From: Oceanispirochaeta sp.
Lineage (GTDB): Bacteria; Spirochaetota; Spirochaetia; DSM-2461
Length of the DNA: 64,000 nt
Direction: 5' to 3'
Assembly: GCA_963663385.2 (NCBI GenBank)
Contig: CAXXXD010000002.1
Coordinates: forward strand, 1,056,001 to 1,120,000
The position numbers and the translations under genes are program-made. The notes below the pieces were generated by a model. The model made no database searches and was not told the origin of the DNA. It worked only from the letters and a program-made list of their open reading frames with translations. The first letter of the stretch is position 1, and each line of letters begins with the position of its first letter. Below are positions 9,751-18,324 of the stretch, one piece after another.

Positions 9751-10641
9751 ATGTTGGATCAATTAACTCACCTTGTACTGGTTTATCAGTGCAAAGGAAT
9801 TTATAGGGATATCCTGGAGGAAGAGATTAACCTTCATATATATCGTTTCCCCGGAAACGGTTATGAACTGCCCGAAGAGGACTGGGGAGATTTTTTCCTG
9901 TCCATTCAGCAAAGAACGGATGCCCTGATTAATGGTTTTGAGTACCGTGGCTTTTCTTTCTACACCTATCTGAATAAAACCCTTCAATGGCATCTCAAAT
10001 CGTTCCGCTCCGGCTTGAAAAGAAAGCAGTATGACCAGTGGATGCTCGAAAAAGAGTCTATTCTGAACTTTCCGGATATTTTTGAATCCCCTGTTGAACA
10101 AAATTCCCTGAAAGAGCGCATTCTGTATCTGGTTGACACTTTGGGGTTCAGTGAAAAAAGGAGAGCTGTTTTAACTTCCCGTCTTTTTATCCTGATATTA
10201 AAAAATCTCCTGCTGATGAAGGAGTCGGATTACCTGGAATGTGCCCTTGCTCTCGGGTATTCCGTTTCGGATGCCATGGATATACGAATTCTTCTCCTTA
10301 CTTACCTCGAACCGAGGTTAAAAAGACGGGAGCACTTTATAATAAGAAGGAATAAGTACTATCACAAAATTTCCTGTCTGGAAAAACAGCTGAAAGATCA
10401 TATCGATTCAGAGCTGAGGGATAAACTGAGAGAGCGCTGCCTCCAACTGAAAATGAGGAAGGAGAAGGTTAACGAACACATTAGGCGGATTAATGTTCTG
10501 CCTACCAATAGTGAAATAAGCAGGGTTCTCAAAGTTCCCAAGGGATCGGTGGATTCCGGGCTCTATTATCTGCGGGAACATCTTGAGGTTTACGGAAATA
10601 AAGCTTCTTGCCCCATGGGGGGAAATGAATTATTCTGCTGA
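9751..10641 (+). CDS. Hypothetical protein with sigma70 region-2-like N-terminus and region-4-like HTH
   Basis: AGGAG RBS before ATG 9751; C-terminal SEISRVLKVPKGSVDSGLYYLR resembles the ECF sigma region 4 HTH. Confidence 0.55.
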   Translation: MLDQLTHLVLVYQCKGIYRDILEEEINLHIYRFPGNGYELPEEDWGDFFLSIQQRTDALINGFEYRGFSFYTYLNKTLQWHLKSFRSGLKRKQYDQWMLEKESILNFPDIFESPVEQNSLKERILYLVDTLGFSEKRRAVLTSRLFILILKNLLLMKESDYLECALALGYSVSDAMDIRILLLTYLEPRLKRREHFIIRRNKYYHKISCLEKQLKDHIDSELRDKLRERCLQLKMRKEKVNEHIRRINVLPTNSEISRVLKVPKGSVDSGLYYLREHLEVYGNKASCPMGGNELFC

Positions 10642-10643
10642 AT

Positions 10644-11240
10644 ATGGAAATAGTATTGGCAAGCGGTAATCTGCATAAAAAAAAGGAATTGGAAAAGATC
10701 TTTTCCAATCATACATTGTTGCTTCCCGGAGATTTGGGAATAGAATTCGACTGTGACGAAACAGGGAAAAACTTTCTGGAGAACGCACTGCTCAAAGCTG
10801 AGACTCTGTATAGGCTGACCGGAAAACCTGTTCTGGCTGATGATTCGGGACTGTGTGTTGATGCTCTGGACGGCGCTCCGGGAATCTACTCCGCCCGATT
10901 CGGGTCTGAGGAGGGAGAAGCGCCTTTGAGTGACTCCGACAGGAATGCACTCCTTCTGTCCCGTATAGGGGAAGGGAAAGACCGGTCCGCTTTTTTTGTC
11001 TGCTGTATGGCTCTTATGGTGGATCCTCACAGGATCTTTACCGTACAGGAGTCCTTTCCCGGCTCTATAAGCCGGACTCCTTTCGGAGGAGGCGGTTTTG
11101 GTTATGATCCTGTTTTTATCGAACCTGAGTCGGGCAGGACTGTGGCGGAACTGCCGGAGGAGGAGAAGAACAGGATCTCTCACCGGGGCAGAGCCGGCAG
11201 GCGGATGAATGCCATTCTGGAGGATCTGGATGAACAATAA
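10644..11240 (+). CDS. rdgB: Non-canonical purine NTP pyrophosphatase (RdgB/HAM1)
   Basis: ASGNLHK, ADDSGL, PGIYSAR, GFGYDP, SHRG motifs. Confidence 0.96.
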   Translation: MEIVLASGNLHKKKELEKIFSNHTLLLPGDLGIEFDCDETGKNFLENALLKAETLYRLTGKPVLADDSGLCVDALDGAPGIYSARFGSEEGEAPLSDSDRNALLLSRIGEGKDRSAFFVCCMALMVDPHRIFTVQESFPGSISRTPFGGGGFGYDPVFIEPESGRTVAELPEEEKNRISHRGRAGRRMNAILEDLDEQ

Positions 11241-13029
11241 CAACTGTATTCCTCTCCGGGAGGATGTCCCCTCCGGGGATAAGTGGGACCTTTCGTCACT
11301 TTTCGTCAGCGAAGAAGCCTGGGAGGAGGGGCTGGAAACCTTTGAAAAAATGATACCTGAAATTGCCGGGTTCAAGGGTACCCTCGGCGAATCGGCGGAA
11401 CAGCTGAAAGCCTGTCTGGATTTTTTCAATGATCTGGAGATCCTTGAGGAGAGGCTGGGGTACTATGCCATGCTCCGCAAGGAGGAAAATGTCGGGGACA
11501 GCAGCGGTTCCGGCCGGATGGCCCGTTATATGAGCGTGGCAACCAGAAGCAGCGCGGAAGCCGGATTCCTGAAACCGGAGATCCAGAGCTTGAGCGGGGA
11601 ACAGCTGGACCGGTATCTGACGTCTCCTGTTCTTGAGGAATTCCGGATCTCGTTAAAGAAACTGATTCGTTACAAGCCTCATATCCTCTCAGAGAAAGAG
11701 GAGGTTCTTCTGGCGAAACAGTCCGAATTCGCCCAGACGGCCCGGAAGGCCTTTTCCGCTTTAACCAATGCGGATCTGGAATTCGGTTCTCTTCGATCGG
11801 GAGGAGAAGAAAAACCTCTTACCAACTCAACCTTCGGGGTCTTTCTGCTGGATCCGGACAGGGATGTTCGAAAAAAAGCGTTCTCACAGTTCTACAAACA
11901 GTTTGAAGGGCATAAAAACACCCTGGCTGAACTCTACTCCGGCAGTGTTTTAAAGGATATCTTCTCAGCCAGAATCAGAGGATTTGAAACAGCCCGGCAG
12001 TCCAGCCTGTTTCCCGATAATGTTCCCGAATCGGTTTATGATAATCTGGTGGAATCTGTCGGAGATAATCTGGAACCTCTTCACCGCTACTATGAACTGA
12101 GGCGAAAAGTCCTCTCTCTGGATAAGCTTCACCTCTACGATACAAAAGTGTCCCTTATTCCGGATGTTAAAGTTCGCCACAGTTATGATGATGCCGTGGG
12201 TAAAGTACTCGAGTCTCTGGGACCCCTGGGGGAAGAGTATGTATCCACACTGCAAAGCGGTCTGACCGGTGGCTGGGTAGACCGGTATGAGAATAAGGGA
12301 AAACGATCCGGCGCTTTCTCGGCGGGGTCCTACAAGGGCGATCCCTACATCCTGCTGAATTTCAAGGAAGACGATATCCGGGATGTTTTTACCCTTGCCC
12401 ATGAGGGAGGCCACTCCATGCACTCCTGGTACTCGGTGCGCAACAATCCTTTTCAGGACTATAACTACACCATATTTGAGGCGGAAGTGGCTTCTACCTT
12501 TAATGAGCAGCTGCTGGCCAGATACCTGCTGGAACAGACCGGGGACAGGGATATGCGTCTGTATCTGATCGGCAGGCAGGTGGATGACATCCTGGCTACC
12601 ATATACAGGCAGACCATGTTTGCAGAGTACGAACACACATGTCACTCCCTGGTTGAGGGGGGCGAGGCTCTTACCATTGAAGTATTGAGGAAGGAGTACC
12701 GGTCTCTGCTGGAGAAATACTTCGGTCCGGCCGTCGTGCTGGACGAAATGGCAGACCTGGAAGGTTTGAGAATACCCCATTTCTACAGCGCTTTCTATGT
12801 TTACAAATACGCTACGGGTCTTTCTGCCGCTATGGCTCTGTCCGAAATGGTTCTGGAGGGGGGGCAAAAGGAACAGGCTGATTATTTGAACTTTCTGAAG
12901 TCCGGGGGCTCCCGTTTCCCTCTGGACTCACTGAAGCTGGCAGGTGTGGATATGTCTTCTCCCGAACCGGTTAACCGTGCCCTGAAACGGTTTGCTTCCC
13001 TTGTGGAGGAGCTTGAAAGTTCTTTGTAG
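11230..13029 (+). CDS. pepF: Oligoendopeptidase F (M3B)
   Basis: KWDL, KRSGAFS, HEGGHSMH, AEVAST, HFY..FYVYKYA. Confidence 0.95.
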   Translation: MNNNNCIPLREDVPSGDKWDLSSLFVSEEAWEEGLETFEKMIPEIAGFKGTLGESAEQLKACLDFFNDLEILEERLGYYAMLRKEENVGDSSGSGRMARYMSVATRSSAEAGFLKPEIQSLSGEQLDRYLTSPVLEEFRISLKKLIRYKPHILSEKEEVLLAKQSEFAQTARKAFSALTNADLEFGSLRSGGEEKPLTNSTFGVFLLDPDRDVRKKAFSQFYKQFEGHKNTLAELYSGSVLKDIFSARIRGFETARQSSLFPDNVPESVYDNLVESVGDNLEPLHRYYELRRKVLSLDKLHLYDTKVSLIPDVKVRHSYDDAVGKVLESLGPLGEEYVSTLQSGLTGGWVDRYENKGKRSGAFSAGSYKGDPYILLNFKEDDIRDVFTLAHEGGHSMHSWYSVRNNPFQDYNYTIFEAEVASTFNEQLLARYLLEQTGDRDMRLYLIGRQVDDILATIYRQTMFAEYEHTCHSLVEGGEALTIEVLRKEYRSLLEKYFGPAVVLDEMADLEGLRIPHFYSAFYVYKYATGLSAAMALSEMVLEGGQKEQADYLNFLKSGGSRFPLDSLKLAGVDMSSPEPVNRALKRFASLVEELESSL

Positions 13030-13032
13030 GGA

Positions 13033-13089
13033 ACCCTCTCCCCAGTTCCCTCTCCCAGGGGGCGAGGGGAATCAAAGGGGTGAGGGTGA
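13033..13089. repeat. Family A-related (BoxC-like) palindrome
   Basis: CCCTCTCCCCAGTTCCCTCTCCCAGGGGGCGAGGGGAA...GGGGTGAGGGT between convergent genes. Confidence 0.7.
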
Positions 13090-13100
13090 CGGCAGGTGTT

Positions 13101-13769
13101 CTACTCCTGCCGGTACCAGTCCATTTTCTGGCCTATCCTGCCGGCCAGTTCTTCCATATCCTTGTCGGTATGGTACTCCATGCCTGCCCGGCTCATGGAA
13201 ATTCCTCCATCCTGATCCCGCAGCCGTATGGCGCTGTGGTGGGTTGCTTCAAGGGGAATCCTGATTCTTCCCCGGGGATCGCTTATATCAAGGGTGCCGT
13301 TACAGAGACAGAAGTAGGTTGTCCGGTTGTCTTCTTTTTTTATGAAAAAAGACGTTCCTCTTACACCTGCTATTACATTCCCGGATTCTATGTGAAAAAG
13401 ATCGTCTTCCTTTTTCAGGAGGGTTTTTATATTCCTGAGAACAGCCGCCGCAGTTCCTCTCTCTACGTTCACCATAGCTTCCGAGAAGGATATTCTCATA
13501 ATGGTATCATCGAAAATCCTGATGATATTGCTGCCCAGAAATGTAATTTCGCAGTATCCGTTCTCATCCGTCTGGAGAATCGATCCATCAGGCACTTTTG
13601 CCCCGACCAGTACCGGATTTCCATTGATAAGAACACTCCCTTCCAGTCCGATTACAGATCCCTGAACAGAGGAGGACTGGACATTGCCGCTATTTTTTGA
13701 AGGAGAACAGGAAAGTCCAAATATCAGTAAAAAAAACATCAAAAGATAAAAAAAACGCATTTTCTTCAT
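13101..13769 (-). CDS. FecR-domain lipoprotein
   Basis: Lipobox GLSC; AGVRGTSF motif typical of spirochaetal FecR-domain proteins. Confidence 0.75.
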   Translation of the reverse strand: MKKMRFFYLLMFFLLIFGLSCSPSKNSGNVQSSSVQGSVIGLEGSVLINGNPVLVGAKVPDGSILQTDENGYCEITFLGSNIIRIFDDTIMRISFSEAMVNVERGTAAAVLRNIKTLLKKEDDLFHIESGNVIAGVRGTSFFIKKEDNRTTYFCLCNGTLDISDPRGRIRIPLEATHHSAIRLRDQDGGISMSRAGMEYHTDKDMEELAGRIGQKMDWYRQE

Positions 13770-13869
13770 AATTCAGATCTCCCCATACCTCGAATTGTAA
13801 GATAAAAAGCTTTTATATGGAAAGGAAATAAGGGATTTCTTCATTAAAATGGTTTTTGTATAAAATAGT

Positions 13870-13899
13870 TTGACAACATGGAGTCATATTCGTTACCAT
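13870..13899 (+). promoter_or_regulatory. sigma70 promoter of the 13942 gene
   Basis: TTGACA-18 nt-TACCAT; predicted +1 near 13906-13907. Confidence 0.6.
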
Positions 13900-13941
13900 T
13901 TCTACTATTGAAACAAACTTAATAACATTGAGGAGAAATTA

Positions 13942-14919
13942 ATGAAGAAATTATTAGTTCTGCTAATTCTTATTTCTTTCACAGTCGGCGTATTTGCCGA
14001 CGATGCTCTGGTTATGCCCGAGGGTGTAATCCGCGCCTATTTCGTCGGATCATACGGGATGACCGACAGTGCATATGATTCTGACGGAGAAGAACAGGAT
14101 TCTGATACAGGAGAAACCAAATTCTTTAATCAGGGATATGCTGTGGAACTGGGTGTAACCGATTCCATTACAGCAGCCCTGCAGTGGGTTCCCGGGCATA
14201 ACCTCTATTCGGATGTCGAAAATGCTGAAGACGTTGAGCTTTCGGGAGCTTATGATCTGTTTGCGGGTGCCAAAATCCAGATCCTCGGAGATCATGGTTT
14301 TGTAAAGAACGATCAGTTCCGTTTTTCAATGGCTCCCGGTTTCAGAATCCCCCTGGATTCCTATGATGCGGTAGAGGAAGCTGAAAACTATTTGGCTGGA
14401 GATTCCTACAGAGCTTCAGGTGTGTCAAATGAGTCTCTCGGAATCGGTTCAAGGATTTACTTTGACTACATTGTAAATGAAAACTTTTTCCTGAACCTTT
14501 ACAGTGAAATTATCTATAATATTCCCGTTGATAAAACGTCTGCAGATCTTGGAGCTGATGCGATCGGGGCTGCTATGATGGGTACAGATCTTGATGAATT
14601 GGAGTATAAATACGGAACCGATATGGTTTTCGAATTTGAACCCCAGTACAGCTATTCTGTAACAGACAAGAGTTCTCTGAAATTTTACCTGCCCGTTAAC
14701 TATGCCATTACACAGGATGTTGAAGTGGAAGGGGAAAAAGTGGATGATTCCGGCAGCAAATATCTGCAGCTCCGACCCGGACTCGGTTACTTCTGCGGCG
14801 ATTTCAAGGTTCCCTTTGAAGCTTCCGTACAGTACGGTCTTCCCCTTATGGGTGAAAATACAGCAAAGATGCATACCATTGTTTTCAAGCTGAAAGTATA
14901 CGCCAGACTGTGGGAATAG
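13942..14919 (+). CDS. Putative outer-membrane beta-barrel channel
   Basis: Sec signal ending VFA, amphipathic beta strands, aromatic C-terminus, GAGGAG RBS. Confidence 0.7.
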   Translation: MKKLLVLLILISFTVGVFADDALVMPEGVIRAYFVGSYGMTDSAYDSDGEEQDSDTGETKFFNQGYAVELGVTDSITAALQWVPGHNLYSDVENAEDVELSGAYDLFAGAKIQILGDHGFVKNDQFRFSMAPGFRIPLDSYDAVEEAENYLAGDSYRASGVSNESLGIGSRIYFDYIVNENFFLNLYSEIIYNIPVDKTSADLGADAIGAAMMGTDLDELEYKYGTDMVFEFEPQYSYSVTDKSSLKFYLPVNYAITQDVEVEGEKVDDSGSKYLQLRPGLGYFCGDFKVPFEASVQYGLPLMGENTAKMHTIVFKLKVYARLWE

Positions 14920-14944
14920 AAATCTGATTTAATCTTTTGATTGA

Positions 14945-14995
14945 AGCCGTCCTTCCCCTCGACTTTGCTCGGGGATCTTGAGGACGGCTGTTTTA
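14945..14995 (+). terminator. Terminator hairpin with a family B repeat in its loop
   Basis: AGCCGTCCT...AGGACGGCT then GTTTT; loop contains CCTCGACTTTGCTCGG. Confidence 0.6.
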
Positions 14996-15065
14996 TTTAT
15001 AAATTGAATTTGTTTCTGGTTTCTGAACACATCGTGCCGAGCATAGCCGAGGTAAAGTCAGGGGA

Positions 15066-15704
15066 TCAGGCTCTGATGGCGGAAAGCAGAAGCGAGAACA
15101 TGGTTTTAATCAGGTCGTCATCATTGACGTTCATGCTGGCCTTTATCCAGCTCTTGCGGACATATATTTTCTGCATGGTCGCCTGAATCATTGTCAGAAT
15201 TGTAACTGCCATTTCCCGGGGATTACTGATTTTCCGGATGGATCCGTCATCAATTCCCATCTGTATGGTTTTTTCGATATCCATAGTCAGCGCATTCAGA
15301 ATCCCCAGGCATTTCCGGGCATCTTCGCTGGGGCTGTCCATGAAATTGATCTTCTGGTCCAGTAGCAGGGTAAAGACAAACTGATTAAAATGGTCTTTGT
15401 AGTATTCCAGAAAGGTGTTCTGTATCACTTCCAGCTTTTTCAGCCCTGTTGCATGTTTGGAGTCAAAAGACTCTCTGAACATCTCCTTCAGCTTTGCATA
15501 GGATTCCAGCATAATGATATAGGAAATCTCTTCCTTGCTTGTAAAGTAGTGATAGAGGGTTCGTCTGCTCAGTTCCGCCTGTTCCGCTATGTTCAGCATG
15601 GTTGTGTTTTCATACCCCTTGGACATGAACAGTTCCCTGGCTGCGGTCAGTATCTCACGGACCCTCTGGTCTTTTTCTCGTTGTTTGCGTTCTGCTATTC
15701 CCAT
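15066..15704 (-). CDS. TetR/AcrR family regulator
   Basis: N-terminal HTH: AARELFMSKGYENTTMLNIAEQAELSRRTLYHYFTSKEE. Confidence 0.95.
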   Translation of the reverse strand: MGIAERKQREKDQRVREILTAARELFMSKGYENTTMLNIAEQAELSRRTLYHYFTSKEEISYIIMLESYAKLKEMFRESFDSKHATGLKKLEVIQNTFLEYYKDHFNQFVFTLLLDQKINFMDSPSEDARKCLGILNALTMDIEKTIQMGIDDGSIRKISNPREMAVTILTMIQATMQKIYVRKSWIKASMNVNDDDLIKTMFSLLLSAIRA

Positions 15705-15767
15705 TTCCCTAGTTAATTCCGCTTATTGGTATTTGTCAAGGCTGATTACCGATCTGATCAGATGCAG

Positions 15768-15837
15768 AAAAAAAATGGCCGGATATTTCAAATTGAAACA
15801 AACTTAATAACATTAAGGAGAAATATCCAGCCGATAT
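15768..15837 (-). ncRNA. Candidate trans-acting antisense sRNA (~70 nt) against the 13942 mRNA leader
   Basis: 13-bp stem 15777-15789/15820-15832 plus U8 tail; 15792-15824 matches 13907-13939 at 32/33 nt; own promoter immediately upstream. Confidence 0.65.
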
Positions 15838-15843
15838 GCACTT

Positions 15844-15872
15844 ATGATACAGCAACTACACTCAGAGTGCAA
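15844..15872 (-). promoter_or_regulatory. sigma70 promoter with overlapping TetR-type operator
   Basis: Minus strand TTGCAC-17 nt-TATCAT; palindrome TACACT-CAG-AGTGCA at 15857-15871. Confidence 0.65.
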
Positions 15873-15888
15873 TTGCTTTTTTGATAAA

Positions 15889-17337
15889 TTAGAAATTGTA
15901 GGATACAGTGAATTCTACAAAATCATTTTCATCATACTGGCCGAAAAGGGTATCCTCGTCGCCCCCGAAAAAACGGGCTGCCATTCCCAGGGTGAAATCA
16001 TCAACCGGTGAGTATTCGATGGAAGGATAAATCCCATAATCAGAGTCTTCAAAATGATAGAATGTGATCAGTTCCGCTTCCAGTTTTTCGTGAAGGTATT
16101 TATCCGATACGGCGAAGATCAGAAGGTTCTCTGTGTATTCCTTATCTTCATCATACTCAATATCACCCAGCCCAATCTCATTTGAATTCAGAGTGAGGGT
16201 TCCCGCTTCCTGAATATTGATGTTCAGGTTACTTACAGGAATGTCTCTGTCAAATCCTGCCACCCACTTAATACTGTTGTTATGAACATCTGTCTTATTT
16301 CCGTCAAAGTCTTCGGTCAAATTGCAGGCAAATTCACCCTTCAGGTTAAATTCGGCCAATATACAGGCCGCTTCAACGCCGAAGGTCTGCATGGGGTCGT
16401 ATTCAAACCAGTAGTTAATCGTGTCCACACCATCAAAGGCGTAATTGAAACTGGGGAGTTTGTTGTAACCGTAGTAGTAGGTGAATCCGTAGTCCAGACC
16501 GCCGGCGGTTGACGTATAATGCATAGCTCCCTGACCATAATCAAATGTATTGATGTCGGATCCGGCAAGAGCCGTTATGCTGGGTGTTACCACAGCACCG
16601 GTCTGTGCGTAGATGGCGGCTGCCGTCTGGGACGCAATCGCCTGCAGTGTCGCGGGGAGCTCAACTTTGGTATTCAGGGGCTGCCAGATGCCCGCTTCTG
16701 CATAACTGTAGGGAGTCAGTGTGGGAACATAGGCCAGTTCCAGCATACCGGACATCCCCAGGGGAACATTAACCTTGAGCATCAGTTCGGGATCGATCAT
16801 CTCCATATAGTCGGGGATGAGGAATTCGCTCAGATTGACGCTGTTCAGAACATCTACCACATGGAACTCATCAGCTTTTCCCCAGACGACTTTCATATAT
16901 CCCGCTTCGAAGTTCATCTTCTCACCGAAATACTGTCCATAGGCTTCGTTGACAGTCACCACGGAATCCCGTTCGCTTCCAGTCATTTCGGGGGTGATAT
17001 CAACATCGGTAACGACTTTGAAATCACTTCCTTCATAGGTAAAACTGAGATTGGCTGCAATAGAGGTTTCCATCTGATCCAGACCGGCTTCTCTGTCGGC
17101 CATATCATCCCTTGCATCTTCAGAGGCAAAAGCTCTTACAGAAGTGGTTACTCCTCCGTTTACTTCAACGGCGGCAGTGTTCTCATCACCAAAGGCGGAA
17201 TCTCCAAAGGCAGAGTCGCCAAAGCCGAAGTCTTCTGATTCGGAGTCTTCGAACCCCGATGTGAAGAAGGAATCATCGGCCCGGAGACCGGTGCTCAGAA
17301 CCAGTGATGCTGTTAACAGTACCAGTATTTTTTTCAT
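15889..17337 (-). CDS. Outer-membrane beta-barrel partner of the MMPL module (DUF1302-like)
   Basis: Signal peptide, EAY...G...VVWGKAD motif, C-terminal FGQYDENDFVEFTVSYNF; conserved MMPL-LolA-like-barrel gene order. Confidence 0.75.
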   Translation of the reverse strand: MKKILVLLTASLVLSTGLRADDSFFTSGFEDSESEDFGFGDSAFGDSAFGDENTAAVEVNGGVTTSVRAFASEDARDDMADREAGLDQMETSIAANLSFTYEGSDFKVVTDVDITPEMTGSERDSVVTVNEAYGQYFGEKMNFEAGYMKVVWGKADEFHVVDVLNSVNLSEFLIPDYMEMIDPELMLKVNVPLGMSGMLELAYVPTLTPYSYAEAGIWQPLNTKVELPATLQAIASQTAAAIYAQTGAVVTPSITALAGSDINTFDYGQGAMHYTSTAGGLDYGFTYYYGYNKLPSFNYAFDGVDTINYWFEYDPMQTFGVEAACILAEFNLKGEFACNLTEDFDGNKTDVHNNSIKWVAGFDRDIPVSNLNINIQEAGTLTLNSNEIGLGDIEYDEDKEYTENLLIFAVSDKYLHEKLEAELITFYHFEDSDYGIYPSIEYSPVDDFTLGMAARFFGGDEDTLFGQYDENDFVEFTVSYNF

Positions 17338-17339
17338 TC

Positions 17340-18110
17340 CTATCTCCCTGTGTTCAGAAACTGGGTTGTAAACATATTGCTGTTAACAGGTTTATCGAAT
17401 TCTACATTCAGTACTTTCATCTCTGTAGCGTGGCCGTTCTGAACATTATCAATACGGGTCAGGATGGGAGTCCAGTGACCGTCAATGTTTTTAAGCTGTT
17501 TAACCGACATTACCTTGTAGAGATTCTCCTGCTTGTCGTACATCTCGATTTTAACGGGGGTCCAGGTTTCCTTGTCGAACCAGGTCAGACGGTAGGCATA
17601 CTGGGAATCGGCAGGATCCACGGCTTTGCCTTTTACTACGTAACAGTTCCATTCGGAAAATGATTCTTCCCGGATCAGTTCGTGTGTGTCCCGGTCAAGA
17701 TCACGGGTTTCCATATCGTCATAGGAGGCATCAGAACCCATAAAAGACTTGCTGCCGTCAGAAGTAGAGATCCGGCGGACCCTTTTCATGGCAGGCAGGT
17801 AAATCCATTTGTCATCGGCTCTGTCTTCATTCTGTACCTGCAGGAACCGTGTGTTTTTTACACTGGCGGGGCTTCTGAAAACCATTATGCTGCTGGCAAG
17901 GTCGTTCTCTTCCATACCCCACTGTTCGATCATTCTGGAGGAAACATTTCCTCCCTCTTCAATCAGGTCCATCTGCAGGGCCATATGGGTTGTATCAGGT
18001 TTGTCCCTGTTGTCATAGTTCCGGGCTACTTCAAGGCCGGTTATGGCAAATAGGGAAGGTGATACCAGCAGCAGGGCCAGTCCTGTTAAATTACTTATTG
18101 TCCTTTTCAT
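17340..18110 (-). CDS. LolA-like outer-membrane lipoprotein-sorting protein
   Basis: WIYLPAMKRVRRI...SFMGSD.SYDD motif. Confidence 0.88.
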   Translation of the reverse strand: MKRTISNLTGLALLLVSPSLFAITGLEVARNYDNRDKPDTTHMALQMDLIEEGGNVSSRMIEQWGMEENDLASSIMVFRSPASVKNTRFLQVQNEDRADDKWIYLPAMKRVRRISTSDGSKSFMGSDASYDDMETRDLDRDTHELIREESFSEWNCYVVKGKAVDPADSQYAYRLTWFDKETWTPVKIEMYDKQENLYKVMSVKQLKNIDGHWTPILTRIDNVQNGHATEMKVLNVEFDKPVNSNMFTTQFLNTGR

Positions 18111-18135
18111 AATAATCCTCCGGATTTATTTTTTA

Positions 18136-18323
18136 CCCTTTCCCTGCCCTCTCCCGGAAGGAGAGGGTTCAAGAAGAAGTAATATATGCTTTGTTTTTCT
18201 CCCCTCTCCCTCCGGGAGAGGGGCTGGGGGTGAGGGCCTCTGTTCAAGGCCCCTCTCAGTCTCCCCGAAGGGGAGATGCAATCTGTTGTCAGCTCCCCTC
18301 CTACGGAGGGGACGGGGGAGGTC
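18136..18323. repeat. Two tandem family A (BoxC-like) elements inside the MMPL operon
   Basis: CCCTCTCC-CGGAA-GGAGAGGG, CCCCTCTCCC-TCC-GGGAGAGGGG, and 18248-18323, whose first 35 nt are nearly identical to 45337-45371. Confidence 0.85.
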
Positions 18324-18324
18324 C

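Noticed and set aside
15704..15739. Leaderless tetR promoter (TTGACA at 15734-15739 on the minus strand)
   Set aside because: Good -35, but the -10 candidate TTAACT is weak; not supportable without TSS data
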